Notes: generated by a model not told the origin, from the letters alone. A stretch of DNA of 64,000 nucleotides from Patescibacteria group bacterium (GCA_023474215.1 JAMCYI010000013.1:16168-80167); one strand, 5' to 3'. Counted from the first letter of the stretch, positions 7,821 through 17,810 are shown. Made by a program: numbers and translations.

Positions 7821-7902
7821 CGCGTACACAAATTAGTTCGAAAATCGTCCAAAACCCGCAGCAAGCCACCAGGCGAGCCAAGCACCCCGCGAAATCGGGG
7901 CA

Positions 7903-8214
7903 TTGACTAATAACTTAGTACGTTTTATAACAATAGGCCATCCCGGTTTGGCGGGTATGATGATGGACTCATTCGGAGAATCGCAGATAACCAATTTTAC
8001 TCTCTCGAAAGGCATCCTAGCTTTTACCAAGCAGTACCAGAACCGCCCCCCAATCAAATACAAGTTAGAACTAACAACAAGACCGTGGGGTAGTTGGTAC
8101 AAGGGACAATATAATGGCAAGGACTGCAAGAATGGGTTTGCTCATTGCGTGGTGAACGTCGTTGATGAGGAATTTTTCCAGCCCGAGGAACTACCTGCCG
8201 CCTTCAAAAAATAG
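7903..8214 (+). CDS. Hypothetical 103-aa protein.
   Basis: ORF followed by the terminator hairpin at 8239-8275. Confidence 0.3.
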   Translation: MTNNLVRFITIGHPGLAGMMMDSFGESQITNFTLSKGILAFTKQYQNRPPIKYKLELTTRPWGSWYKGQYNGKDCKNGFAHCVVNVVDEEFFQPEELPAAFKK

Positions 8215-8238
8215 CTTCCGGCTTGAAGCTGTATAAAG

Positions 8239-8275
8239 CTTGGGTTCACAGAAATGTGAACCCTCCTTTGTTTTT
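8239..8275 (+). terminator. Rho-independent terminator: gggttcaca-gaaa-tgtgaaccc followed by a T-tract.
   Basis: 9-bp perfect stem plus tcctttgttttt. Confidence 0.6.
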
Positions 8276-8412
8276 ATCAATTCCATGAAGGAGCGGGAGA
8301 ACCTATTCCCGAACGAACATTGCCAGAATGAGCGTTAAAATCACCCGTAACAATGTTTAAATACAAAAAGGTCCACTGTTAAGTAGACCTTTCGGGAATG
8401 CGTGAAGATCAT

Positions 8413-8607
8413 TCACTTACATTCGCAATACTTCTTCATGATCTCCTCAAGGCATTCTTCGCGAGGTTTTATTAATTCGATCATCGAATTAAAAAAGAAA
8501 TTCGCCCTTTGATCGCCAGCTCCATACGCCTCGTCCAGCATCTGTTCGACGATCTTCTTTGAACCTTCGTCCAGAACCAGCTTGTTTGCGACAACTTCGG
8601 CCGACAT
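8413..8607 (-). CDS. Hypothetical 64-aa protein ending ...KKYCECK.
   Basis: ORF with a hairpin plus T-tract terminator downstream on the - strand (8352-8385). Confidence 0.25.
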   Translation of the reverse strand: MSAEVVANKLVLDEGSKKIVEQMLDEAYGAGDQRANFFFNSMIELIKPREECLEEIMKKYCECK

Positions 8608-8738
8608 TCTATCATCTCCATTTTTGATTAGTAAGAGCTGTAGGATTATGCCCAGAGAATAATACCAAAACTAAGCAGTGTCAATGAAAAGGGAGTCGTT
8701 TTCCCCTGAAAAGGATGGTTTGCATAATTATTTCTAGG

Positions 8739-8876
8739 AGGATACCTTATCTTGTGAGAAAACTGTCTCGGAGGCCGAGCGGGCATGGTTGCTCGAAGGG
8801 CAGAGCGAGGCCGAGAGCAAGCGCAAATTCCTCGCCGGGGAATTTGATAGCGTGTTTTCGAGCAGGATAAGGTATC
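8739..8876 (-). repeat. Structured repeat element, copy H: 15-bp inverted repeat flanking a 108-nt GC-rich core that is homologous to the cores at 53310-53422 and 53475-53587.
   Basis: ggataccttatcttg / caggataaggtatcc. The reverse complement of the core aligns to the 53-kb copies (...aaccatgcccgctcgg.ctccg...gttttctca). Confidence 0.55.
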
Positions 8877-8889
8877 CGACGCCCCTCTT

Positions 8890-8916
8890 TTAGCGCTTGA
8901 CACTCCCCAGTGCTAA
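8890..8916 (+). promoter_or_regulatory. CIRCE operator (HrcA site) overlapping the -10 of the hrcA promoter.
   Basis: TTAGCGCTT-N9-CAGTGCTAA versus consensus TTAGCACTC-N9-GAGTGCTAA. TATAAT at 8917-8922. Confidence 0.6.
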
Positions 8917-8933
8917 TATATAATGGTTCCTAC

Positions 8934-9635
8934 ATGGAGAAAGACCGGACCAAAGAAATATTGAAAGCGGCCGTCGAGGACTACATCAAGACCGGCCGTC
9001 CCATCACGTCCGAAGGCCTCTACGAAGACCACCAGTTCGGCATCAAGCCCGCCATGATCCGGTGGGAGCTGAATGATCTCTCTGAAGACGGCTATTTTTA
9101 CCAAACCCACCCCTCCGGCGGGCGTTTTCCTTCCGACAAGGCCTACCGGTTCTTCGTCGAGGAACTCGTGAGAGACGGCTTGAAGGCCCGGTATGCCGAC
9201 GCCGGATACCGGAACTCGGTTTTGAAATTCTTGAAAGGGGAAATGGATTCCTTTGTGGAGGACGTCTCGGACGAACTCAGTATGCTCTCCGTGGGGTATG
9301 AGGCGAAGAGGAACGAGATGTGGACGAGCGGCCTCTACGAGCTTTTGGACAATCTGGATCTCTTGAACCGGGAAGAGCTGGTCGATGTCGTGAAAGACGT
9401 TGAAATGCTTCCGGAAAAGATACGGACGGGATTTTGGAAAGACGAAGAGAATTGGCCGAAAGTGTTCATCGGCAAGAATCCCTTCGTGCGGAGCAAGGAG
9501 GTCGCGGTCGTGGCGAACTGCCTCAAAATCGACGGCGAAAACTTCCTGTTCCTCGCCATCGGTCCGAAACGGATGGATTACGCGAAGCCGCTGGGGCTTT
9601 TTGAAATATTAAACAAGTCGGTAGAAGAAAAATAA
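8934..9635 (+). CDS. hrcA: Heat-inducible transcription repressor HrcA (short form).
   Basis: N-terminal winged-helix signature (RTKEILKAAVEDYIKTGRPITSEGL). CIRCE upstream; grpE-dnaK downstream. Confidence 0.7.
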   Translation: MEKDRTKEILKAAVEDYIKTGRPITSEGLYEDHQFGIKPAMIRWELNDLSEDGYFYQTHPSGGRFPSDKAYRFFVEELVRDGLKARYADAGYRNSVLKFLKGEMDSFVEDVSDELSMLSVGYEAKRNEMWTSGLYELLDNLDLLNREELVDVVKDVEMLPEKIRTGFWKDEENWPKVFIGKNPFVRSKEVAVVANCLKIDGENFLFLAIGPKRMDYAKPLGLFEILNKSVEEK

Positions 9636-9665
9636 TCAGTAACTAGTAACAAGTAACTAATAACT

Positions 9666-10166
9666 ATGACAAACGACGATACAAAAGAAGTGCAGCAACA
9701 GGTCGAAGAAACGGAGGTCGAGAAACTTACCAAGGAGCGGGATGAGTACCTCGACGGGTGGAAACGGGCGAAGGCGGACCTCGCGAACTATAAAAAAGAG
9801 GAAGCCGAGCGGATGGAACAGTTCGTACGATACAGCACGCAAGCCGTCATTGCCGACCTCGTAACCGTCCTCGACAGCTTCGATCTGGGGCTTTCCGTCA
9901 TCAAGGAAGATGATCCGGCGCGGAAAGGTGTCATTCTCATTAAAAGTCAGCTGGAAGACATTTTGAAGCGGTATGGCTTGGAGCGGATCGAGACGAAAAA
10001 GGGAGAAGCATTCGACCCCTCGATCCACGAAGCCGTTGAAACCGTCGAATCGGAAGCACCGCCGGGAACGATCGTCGATGAGCTTTCCCCGGGGTACCGA
10101 CTCCAGGGAAAGGTCATTCGGCCGGCGAGAGTAAACGTATCAAAACAAAAAGGTCAAGATAAATAA
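9666..10166 (+). CDS. grpE: Nucleotide exchange factor GrpE.
   Basis: Coiled-coil N-terminus and GrpE C-terminal motif, positioned between hrcA and dnaK. Confidence 0.85.
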   Translation: MTNDDTKEVQQQVEETEVEKLTKERDEYLDGWKRAKADLANYKKEEAERMEQFVRYSTQAVIADLVTVLDSFDLGLSVIKEDDPARKGVILIKSQLEDILKRYGLERIETKKGEAFDPSIHEAVETVESEAPPGTIVDELSPGYRLQGKVIRPARVNVSKQKGQDK

Positions 10167-10188
10167 CATAAATTAAACAAACAAAAAC

Positions 10189-12066
10189 ATGAGTAAAATA
10201 TTGGGAATCGATTTAGGGACGACGAACTCAGCAATGGCCGTCGTCGAAGGCGGCGAGCCGAGAGTCCTCGAAAACGTCGAAGGCGCACGGACGACGCCGT
10301 CCATCGTCGCGATATCGAAATCGAACGAGCGACTGGTCGGTCTCCTCGCGAAGCGGCAGGCGGTCGTGAATCCGCAGAACACCATTTTTTCGGTAAAGCG
10401 CTTGATTGGCCGGAAATTCACCGATGCGGAAGTCCAGCGCGACAAAGCGTGGCTGCCGTATGAAATCAAGGAAGGGGCGAACGGCGGCGTCGAGATCAAG
10501 ATGGCCGACCGGTGGTATAAGCCGGAAGAAATCTCCGCGATGGTTCTTCAGAAACTGAAAGCGGACGCGGAAGCGAAGCTCGGCGAGAAGATCGAGGAGG
10601 CCGTGATCACAGTGCCGGCCTACTTCGACGACAGTCAAAGGCAAGCAACCAAGAATGCCGGCGAGATAGCCGGATTCAAGGTCAGAAGGATTTTGAACGA
10701 ACCGACGGCCGCGGCCCTGGCTTACGGTATGAACAAGCAGAAGAACGAGAAGATCGTCGTCTACGATTTCGGCGGCGGTACGTTCGACATCTCGATTCTC
10801 GAGGTGGGCGACGATACGGTGGAGGTTAAGGCGACCGGCGGCGACACGCACTTGGGCGGCGACGATTTTGACAAGACGATCATGGAATACTTGGTCGCCG
10901 AATACAAGAAGCGGGAAGGCGCCGATCTTTCCAAGGATACGCTGGCACTCCAGCGGCTGAAGGAAGCTGCGGAACGCGCGAAGCACGAACTCTCGACGAC
11001 CATGGAAACGGAAATCAATCTTCCGTACATCACGTCCGACGCGACCGGTCCCAAGCACTTCCTTATGAAATTAACGAGAGCCAAACTCGAAGAGCTGGTT
11101 CGGGAGATGATCGACCACTCGATCCAACTCGTGAAGGAAGCCGTCGAATCGCCGTCGCCGAAGGGAGCCGGCATGAAACTCTCGGACATCAATGAGGTTG
11201 TCATGGTTGGCGGCCAGACCCGGATGCCGGCCATCCAAGAAGCGGTGAAAAAACTTTTCGGGAAAGAACCCCACAAGGGGATCAACCCCGACGAGGTCGT
11301 TGCCGTGGGAGCCGCCATTCAGGCGGGGATTCTCCAGGGCGACGTGAAGGATATCTTGCTTCTCGACGTCACGCCTTTGACCTTGAGCATCGAGACCTTG
11401 GGCGGCGTCGCGACGCCCATGATCCAAAAGAACACGACGGTTCCGACCGCGAAGACGCAGGTCTTTTCGACGGCGGCCGACAATCAAACGTCGGTCGAAG
11501 TCCACGTGGGACAGGGGGAACGGCCGATGATGGCGGACAACAAAACGCTTGCCCGGTTCATCTTGGACGGCATTCCGCCCGCGCCGCGCGGCGTACCGCA
11601 AGTGGAAGTCACCTTTGACATCGATGCAAACGGGATTTTAACCGTGAAAGCCGTCGATAAGGCGACCAACAAGGAACAATCGGTAAAGATCGAAGCCTCG
11701 ACGAGCTTGAACAAGGATGAGATCGAACGCTTGAAGAAAGAAGCGGCCGAACATGCCGCGGAAGACGAGCGGAAGAAAGAATTGGCTGAACTCCGGAACC
11801 AAGCGGAAATGACGGTGTATCAAGCGGAGAAGGCTTTGAAAGATGCGGAGGGGAAAGTGAGTGACGACGTGAAGAATGCGATCAACGAGAAGGTGAGCGC
11901 CGTGAAGGCGGTGAAGGATGGAACCGACGCGGAAGCCATCAAGAAAGCGCTCTCTGAATTGTCATCGGAACTCCAAAAGATAGGGGAAGCAATGTATAAT
12001 AAGAAAGAAGAACCAAAAGAGGGAGAGCAAAACCCCAATGGAACCGAACCTACAAGTGGTCAGTGA
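10189..12066 (+). CDS. dnaK: Chaperone DnaK (Hsp70).
   Basis: Hsp70 signatures IDLGTTNS and DLGGGTFD. 625 aa. Confidence 0.97.
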   Translation: MSKILGIDLGTTNSAMAVVEGGEPRVLENVEGARTTPSIVAISKSNERLVGLLAKRQAVVNPQNTIFSVKRLIGRKFTDAEVQRDKAWLPYEIKEGANGGVEIKMADRWYKPEEISAMVLQKLKADAEAKLGEKIEEAVITVPAYFDDSQRQATKNAGEIAGFKVRRILNEPTAAALAYGMNKQKNEKIVVYDFGGGTFDISILEVGDDTVEVKATGGDTHLGGDDFDKTIMEYLVAEYKKREGADLSKDTLALQRLKEAAERAKHELSTTMETEINLPYITSDATGPKHFLMKLTRAKLEELVREMIDHSIQLVKEAVESPSPKGAGMKLSDINEVVMVGGQTRMPAIQEAVKKLFGKEPHKGINPDEVVAVGAAIQAGILQGDVKDILLLDVTPLTLSIETLGGVATPMIQKNTTVPTAKTQVFSTAADNQTSVEVHVGQGERPMMADNKTLARFILDGIPPAPRGVPQVEVTFDIDANGILTVKAVDKATNKEQSVKIEASTSLNKDEIERLKKEAAEHAAEDERKKELAELRNQAEMTVYQAEKALKDAEGKVSDDVKNAINEKVSAVKAVKDGTDAEAIKKALSELSSELQKIGEAMYNKKEEPKEGEQNPNGTEPTSGQ

Positions 12067-13096
12067 ATCGCCGGAGGCCGATGAAGATCGGAAGTGGTGG
12101 AAAATAATCCTCATGGCCGTTTTGGGCGCCGGCGCAAGCGTCGGAGCGCTCCATTACTTCAATATTTTCCTTATCAACCTCAATACGTCAGACTTTTGGC
12201 TGTTCGTCGCTTGTTTTGTCTTGCTGCTCATTTTTTCGCTTCTCGAGGTCCTCTTTGTGAAAGGCATTTGGAAAATATTCTTTCTGGGTCTTTTTCAAGC
12301 CTGTGTTCCGCTCATTCTCTTTATCAATCGTTTCGCCACTTCGAACTCCAATGACGTGCGGATCTTGATCTTAGGGTTCCTCGTGGGCTTTTACTTCGTC
12401 TTTCTCGGTATGCACCGGGGGCGGCGATTGATTCAGAACGCCATGAAGTTGCGCTTCTTCGACGTATCAAGGCGGACGCTGCCGCGGGTAGCTTCCGGCA
12501 TGCTTATCGTCGTTTCGGTCGTTCTTTATCTCAGTTACTTTTCATGGGGTGTCGCTCCCGCCGACGTCGGCATGAAGATCACCAACGGGATCGTTTCCGA
12601 CATGAAACCGTTTTCGGGCATCATCGTACCGGGTGCGGCCATCGATCCGCAGCAAAATATGGGCGACTTGATCAAAAGCATCGCGCTCCAAAAACTCGAA
12701 TCGTCCAAGATAACGGTACAGGATCAAAATCGAAGCGTTCAAGTCACCTACGCAAGTTTACCGCCGGACTATCAAGCAAAAGTGCTGAATGATGTCATGA
12801 ACGGGATCGACGGAGGGCTCCAAAGCCAATTCAGCTTCTTTAATTCGAACCAAACCGTCGGAACGTTCGTCTTCGGCGTGGCAAACGAATACTTTGCCAA
12901 ATTCAGTTCGTTCTTGGGCCCGTACGCTTCGATCCTTATCATTGCAGTTCTCTTCTTTTTGGCAAAGGGAACGCTTGCTGTATTTTATTGGCTGATAGAA
13001 TTTTTGGCGTTCGTTTTGTTCAAAATATTGATCGTTTTCGGGTTCGCCTATGTGAACCTCGAAACAAGGACCAGGGAATTCCTCCTCTTGTCATAG
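12038..13096 (+). CDS. Polytopic membrane protein of unknown function inserted between dnaK and dnaJ.
   Basis: Multiple TM helices. Overlaps the dnaK 3' end. Confidence 0.45.
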   Translation: MEPNLQVVSESPEADEDRKWWKIILMAVLGAGASVGALHYFNIFLINLNTSDFWLFVACFVLLLIFSLLEVLFVKGIWKIFFLGLFQACVPLILFINRFATSNSNDVRILILGFLVGFYFVFLGMHRGRRLIQNAMKLRFFDVSRRTLPRVASGMLIVVSVVLYLSYFSWGVAPADVGMKITNGIVSDMKPFSGIIVPGAAIDPQQNMGDLIKSIALQKLESSKITVQDQNRSVQVTYASLPPDYQAKVLNDVMNGIDGGLQSQFSFFNSNQTVGTFVFGVANEYFAKFSSFLGPYASILIIAVLFFLAKGTLAVFYWLIEFLAFVLFKILIVFGFAYVNLETRTREFLLLS

Positions 13097-13114
13097 CGGG
13101 ATTTTTTCAACGGA

Positions 13115-14209
13115 ATGAAAGATTACTATAAAATTTTGGGCGTTTCGAAAAACGCCACGGACGAAGATATCAAAAAAGCCTATCGAAAACTGGCGCATCA
13201 ATACCATCCGGACAAACCTGGAGGCGATGAAGCGAAATTCAAAGAGATCAACGAGGCTTATCAAGTTCTCTCAAACAAGGAAAAACGCGCTCAATACGAC
13301 CAGTTCGGCCAGGTCTTCGAAGGCGGTGCAGGACCGCAAGGCGGGTGGAATCCGTTCGAGGGGGCTCAAGGATTCGGCGGATTCGGTGCAAATGGCGGCT
13401 TCGACGTCGATTTGGGGGATATTTTCGAGGGGATTTTCGGCGGACCGTTCGGCGGTGCGGCCCGAAGGGTCGATCGCAAAGGATCGGATGTCGAGCTTGC
13501 AATTCAAATCACCCTGGAAGATGCATTCCGGGGATTGAGGCGGGATATAAGCTTCAAAACATTCGTGGAATGTCAGGTTTGCAAAGGATTGGGGTATGAC
13601 AAATCGAAGGGCACAAAAAAATGTACGACGTGTGGCGGTAAAGGGCAGGTGCGGGTGGAACGAAGAACGTTCTTCGGCAACTTTGCGCAGGTAAAGGTCT
13701 GCTCAACATGCGATGGAAAAGGAGAAGTCCCCAATGCGCCGTGCAGCGCTTGTAAGGGAGAAGGGAGGATCTATTCGACAAAAGCGGTTCCCGTGACCAT
13801 TGCTCCCGGCGTCGAAGACGGACACGTGATAAAGGTAAGCGGCGGGGGCGAAGCGGGCGCGAAAGGAAGTTCGAGCGGAGATCTCTATGTGGTCGTGAAA
13901 GTTTCACCCGACACTCGTTTCGAACGCAGAGGGAGTGATCTTTATGCGGTGAAAGACGTCGGTTTGCGGGATGTACTTCTCCAAAAAGAGATACCAATGA
14001 CGGACGTCGGCGGAGAAAAGTTCACCGTCTCCATACCGGCCGGTTTTTCGTTGAAGGATAAAATGAAAATATCGCGCCGTGGCATGCCGAAATTCGGTCT
14101 CGGCGGACGGGGCGACCTCTACCTTACGTTCAACTTGAAAACACCGAAGTCGATGTCGTCCAAGGCGAAAAAGCTCATCGAGGAACTGGGCGATGAGCTC
14201 GGAGGATAG
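13115..14209 (+). CDS. dnaJ: Chaperone DnaJ (J domain, G/F region, 4x CxxCxGxG zinc finger).
   Basis: HPD motif (QYHPDK) and four CxxCxG repeats. Confidence 0.95.
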   Translation: MKDYYKILGVSKNATDEDIKKAYRKLAHQYHPDKPGGDEAKFKEINEAYQVLSNKEKRAQYDQFGQVFEGGAGPQGGWNPFEGAQGFGGFGANGGFDVDLGDIFEGIFGGPFGGAARRVDRKGSDVELAIQITLEDAFRGLRRDISFKTFVECQVCKGLGYDKSKGTKKCTTCGGKGQVRVERRTFFGNFAQVKVCSTCDGKGEVPNAPCSACKGEGRIYSTKAVPVTIAPGVEDGHVIKVSGGGEAGAKGSSSGDLYVVVKVSPDTRFERRGSDLYAVKDVGLRDVLLQKEIPMTDVGGEKFTVSIPAGFSLKDKMKISRRGMPKFGLGGRGDLYLTFNLKTPKSMSSKAKKLIEELGDELGG

Positions 14210-15341
14210 CATGGACACTGCGGAAAAAATCTGGAGCGTCGAAGGGTTTCTTGATCACGTGAACGAGATCCTGTCCGGCGACAAAGCTTCCATCGTCGGC
14301 GAAGTGAGCGAGCTTCGGAAACATCCGACCGGCTTTTATTTCTCCTTGAAGGATAACGAAGGCGGCAATGGCATCCTGCAATGCTATTTGAGCCCTTGGA
14401 AGGCGCGGATGCTCGGCATCGATTTTGAAGAAGGGTTTTTGATCAAGGCACGCGGAACACCCTCAATTTACAAACCGCGCGGCAGCTTCAGTTTCGTTGT
14501 GGAAGAAGTTGAGCTCGTAGGGGAAGGATCGCTCAAGAAAGCCTACGAACTCTTGAAGAGCAAACTCGAACAAGAGGGCCTCTTTGCGAGAAAACGGGAA
14601 TTGCCGCAATTTATAACATCGATCGGCGTCATTACCTCGAAGACCGGAGCCGTCATCGACGATTTCAGGAAAAATTTGAAAAAACTCGGATTCCAGGTGT
14701 TCTTGTACGATTCGCGCGTCGAAGGGGCGCAAGCGGTCCCCATGATCGTCAGGGGCATCGATCACTTCAATGCAGCGTCGGCGAACTCCGTCGATATCCT
14801 CGTCATCATCAGGGGCGGCGGCAGTCTGGAAGATCTTCAAGCGTTCAACAACGAACTCGTCGCGAGAAAGATATTCTCATCCCGTATCCCCGTCCTTTGC
14901 GGCATCGGCCACGACCGGGACGTTCCGATCGCAAGCTTGGTATGCGACAAGGCGGTTTCAACTCCTTCCATGGCCGCGGAAACGGTGAACGCTTCATGGG
15001 ACGGCTTGTTTCTCGATTTGCCCGTTGCAGTACACCGCCTGGTATCGCTCTTTGAAGCGGTCATCGTGCGCGAAACGAACGTCGTGGAGATGCTTGCAGG
15101 GCCTCTTGCGGATCGCTTTGCTTCGGTTGCGGAAGGCGTACGGGAAAAACTGGAAAATATTTCAGCCTATTTACGGGCAGCGGATCCCATGCGCAACTTG
15201 AAGTTAGGATACAGCGTCGTTTTCGACGCTGCGGGAAAGGTGGTAAAAGATGCCCGATTTTTGAAAAAAGGTGATACAATGAAAACCAAGCTGTACCGGG
15301 GATCGGTCGAAAGCGAAGTTTCGAAGATCAGTGGGGAATAA
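14193..15341 (+). CDS. xseA: Exodeoxyribonuclease VII large subunit.
   Basis: N-terminal OB-fold signature and overall length. xseB follows. Confidence 0.8.
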   Translation: MSSEDSMDTAEKIWSVEGFLDHVNEILSGDKASIVGEVSELRKHPTGFYFSLKDNEGGNGILQCYLSPWKARMLGIDFEEGFLIKARGTPSIYKPRGSFSFVVEEVELVGEGSLKKAYELLKSKLEQEGLFARKRELPQFITSIGVITSKTGAVIDDFRKNLKKLGFQVFLYDSRVEGAQAVPMIVRGIDHFNAASANSVDILVIIRGGGSLEDLQAFNNELVARKIFSSRIPVLCGIGHDRDVPIASLVCDKAVSTPSMAAETVNASWDGLFLDLPVAVHRLVSLFEAVIVRETNVVEMLAGPLADRFASVAEGVREKLENISAYLRAADPMRNLKLGYSVVFDAAGKVVKDARFLKKGDTMKTKLYRGSVESEVSKISGE

Positions 15342-15346
15342 CAACC

Positions 15347-15556
15347 ATGCCGGCAAAGAAAGAAAAAAGTAAAATAACGGAAGATCTCGCGAAACTCAAA
15401 AAGATCGTTGAATGGTTTGAAGCGCGAGAAGAAGTGGATGTGGAGGAAGGATTGGAAAAGGTGAAGGAAGGATCGGAGATCGTGAAACGCTTAAAAGCAC
15501 GCATGGGTGAGATTGAAAACGAATTTGAGATGGTGAAGAAAGATTTGGAACAATAG
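15347..15556 (+). CDS. xseB: Exodeoxyribonuclease VII small subunit.
   Basis: 69-aa helical protein immediately after xseA. Confidence 0.75.
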   Translation: MPAKKEKSKITEDLAKLKKIVEWFEAREEVDVEEGLEKVKEGSEIVKRLKARMGEIENEFEMVKKDLEQ

Positions 15557-15557
15557 C

Positions 15558-15884
15558 ATGGCGAATATCTCAATAGAACAATTCAAGGAGATCGACCTCA
15601 GGGTGGCGAGGATAACCGCAGCCGAGAAGGTCGAAGGGACTGATAAGCTGTTGAAATTGCAAATCGATCTGGGGGATGAGCAGCGACAGATCGTTTCCGG
15701 AATCGCCGAAAAATACGCCCCCGAGGATATTGTGGGGCGCGAGATCATTGTGGTCTATAACTTGGAGTCGAAATCCCTCAAAGGCGTTGAAAGTCAAGGA
15801 ATGCTCCTTGCGGCATCCGGCGACGGATTCATTTCGCTCCTCGCGCCCGATCAAGAGGTTCCGCCGGGAAGTAGGATACACTAG
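15558..15884 (+). CDS. tRNA-binding domain protein (CsaA/Trbp111/MetRS-C-like OB fold).
   Basis: Motif pattern LRVARI...GDEQRQIVSGIAEKY...GREIIVVYNL. Confidence 0.7.
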   Translation: MANISIEQFKEIDLRVARITAAEKVEGTDKLLKLQIDLGDEQRQIVSGIAEKYAPEDIVGREIIVVYNLESKSLKGVESQGMLLAASGDGFISLLAPDQEVPPGSRIH

Positions 15885-15978
15885 ACGAGGGTCTGGGGAA
15901 TAGGGTATAGAGACAGATACTAACGGATATACAGAGATATATCAGATAGGACGGATATTTACGGAAATAAATAGAACT

Positions 15979-16245
15979 ATGGAAGATCTCAAAAACGACA
16001 TCGATAAATTGAAGGAACGGGGAAAAGGCTTGCGGCATGACGTGCGCATCAAAACAGCCGGTTACTTGATTGCCGCCTTCGGTCTCGTTGCGGGGCTTGC
16101 GTGGAACAATGCCGTAACGTCGCTCATCAATTACTTGTTTCCGTTTGCGGCAAACACCGTGCTTGCCAAATTCGTCTACGCCGCCTTGATCACGCTTGTG
16201 GTGGTCGTCATCGGAACTTATCTTTCGCGTTTAGCGGAAAAATGA
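15979..16245 (+). CDS. Small membrane protein, 88 aa.
   Basis: Two hydrophobic segments. Confidence 0.35.
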   Translation: MEDLKNDIDKLKERGKGLRHDVRIKTAGYLIAAFGLVAGLAWNNAVTSLINYLFPFAANTVLAKFVYAALITLVVVVIGTYLSRLAEK

Positions 16246-16523
16246 ACAGGATCGTGAAATTTATATTCGGTCTTTTGGAAAAAATCCTGATACTTGCGGA
16301 ATCCCTCTTGGGGGTACGTTTCATTCTGCGGTTTTTGAATGCAAGTTCCGGAGCTGAAGTGGTACGACTTTTTTACTCGCTTACCGACTTCCTCATTGTG
16401 CCGTTTGAGGGGATTTTCCATGAAGTCATTATATTCGGCGGGGTCGTGGACACCGTCATTCTGTCGACTGGTGTCGCGTATGCTCTGATCTTTTTTATCT
16501 TGAAAAAGATATTTGTGAGATAG
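16242..16523 (+). CDS. YggT-family small membrane protein.
   Basis: About 93 aa, two TM helices, VLRFL-like motif. The internal ATG at 16242 is preferred. Confidence 0.4.
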   Translation: MNRIVKFIFGLLEKILILAESLLGVRFILRFLNASSGAEVVRLFYSLTDFLIVPFEGIFHEVIIFGGVVDTVILSTGVAYALIFFILKKIFVR

Positions 16524-16543
16524 AAAATCCTCGATTTTCTTCA

Positions 16544-16990
16544 TTACCATTGAAGAAAGTTTAGAATTTGTAGAATTGCGCTGATTATCGTTGCGATTCC
16601 AGCAAGAATTCCCAGCCAGGTATAAAAAGGGTACCTTTTGAATATCGATAATGATCGATACCCTTCGGATGTAAGAAATATTTCCTTCTGGCCATTAAGG
16701 TAGCCTTCCCCATCTTTTAAAATTGGCTTTATTTTCCCATCGTTAGCCAATAATCGTAGGTTCTCCTCAACGTCATCTTTGGTATATTTGCCTTGTTCTA
16801 TAAATCCCATCTCTATCCAGGTAGTCACATACTCTTTGTGAGCAATACCGTTTTTAAAGGTGCTACTTTTAACTTTCCGACCATTCATATCGACAACGGG
16901 GATTTTCCCGTCATTATAATCAGCGATAAATTTCAATAACTTTTTTTGGAGCGAAGGATTTTCCATAAGAAATTTATTGTATAAAAGCAT
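16544..16990 (-). CDS. Hypothetical protein with C-terminal TM anchor, immediately downstream of the homing endonuclease gene.
   Basis: ORF overlaps the stop of the endonuclease gene by 17 nt. Confidence 0.35.
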   Translation of the reverse strand: MLLYNKFLMENPSLQKKLLKFIADYNDGKIPVVDMNGRKVKSSTFKNGIAHKEYVTTWIEMGFIEQGKYTKDDVEENLRLLANDGKIKPILKDGEGYLNGQKEIFLTSEGYRSLSIFKRYPFYTWLGILAGIATIISAILQILNFLQW

Positions 16991-17675
16991 ACTCCCGCCT
17001 TTTTGTTTTTGAAATGATTTCTACCGCTTTCTGAGCGATTTTTCTTTTTCTCCAGAGGCAGGGGAGATCTTTTCGGTAGTAAATCCACTTGATAAGTTTG
17101 AGGGAATCTCTTTTAGCAAACTGGAGTGCGTACAAAGTAACGTTATGTTCGCCAGCCGGTCCGGTGATTATTATCGAACCAGGCACTTGGATCAAGTATC
17201 GTGTCTTTTGCTGAATCCAATACACAAAAGCATTACTAGCTGAAAATATTCTTATAAAAAGTCTTTGCGTCGAATATATCCTGCCTTTGTACTTGTTGTA
17301 TGAATCGGTGTAAGTACGAATGCATCCATCGCCATCTATGCAGCCCCGCAAGAAATCTCTGAAGAATCTATCCGGCACGTCGATCTTTGCAATCGTGTAA
17401 GATTTCGCCGGAAAGAGGCCTATTTTTAAAAGCCAATTATAGAATTGGACATCGCCGAATTGAACTCGGTAACCTCCTTGCCTTCTGGTATATCCGATTT
17501 TATTTTTTAGGCGCAGGCAATCCCTGAATGTTTTGAGCATGGGGATCTCCGCTGATCTCATGACGATATGCCGGCCGTCGTTGGATAAATTGCCGTCAGT
17601 TGCCAAAAGCCCAACAGCGTAAGCGAGCTTTGGAGTCCATTCAAAATCTACCTTTGGTAGTTTCGGTTTGGGCAT
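16974..17675 (-). CDS. Free-standing double-motif LAGLIDADG homing endonuclease.
   Basis: Two LAGLIDADG motifs (VGLLATDGNL and FLRGCIDGDGCI). The ATG at 17675 lies 3 nt from the tRNA-Leu 3' end. Confidence 0.75.
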   Translation of the reverse strand: MPKPKLPKVDFEWTPKLAYAVGLLATDGNLSNDGRHIVMRSAEIPMLKTFRDCLRLKNKIGYTRRQGGYRVQFGDVQFYNWLLKIGLFPAKSYTIAKIDVPDRFFRDFLRGCIDGDGCIRTYTDSYNKYKGRIYSTQRLFIRIFSASNAFVYWIQQKTRYLIQVPGSIIITGPAGEHNVTLYALQFAKRDSLKLIKWIYYRKDLPCLWRKRKIAQKAVEIISKTKRREYAFIQ

Positions 17676-17678
17676 CAG

Positions 17679-17762
17679 TGCCCGGGGAGGGACTCGAACC
17701 CTCAAGGCCTTACGACCATAGCATTTTGAGTGCTACGCGGGTACCAATTGCGCCACCCGGGC
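17679..17762 (-). tRNA. tRNA-Leu(CAA), class II with long variable arm.
   Basis: Cloverleaf: acceptor GCCCGGG / CCCGGGC, anticodon loop CTCAAAA, T-arm GGTTCGAGTCC. Confidence 0.85.
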
Positions 17763-17810
17763 AAGTTTATGCATTGAGAATACCACGAAAAAACGTTATA
17801 GTAAACATCA

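Noticed and set aside
8608-8890. Possible known ncRNA (SRP, tmRNA or RNase P) in the 280-nt gap upstream of hrcA.
   Set aside because: There is no tmRNA 5' GGGG...3' CCA frame, no SRP domain IV motif and no RNase P P4 consensus. The region is better explained as copy H of the structured repeat family.
10228-11601. Large - strand ORFs (276, 185 and 176 aa) inside dnaK.
   Set aside because: They are antisense to dnaK and arise as GC-rich frame artefacts.
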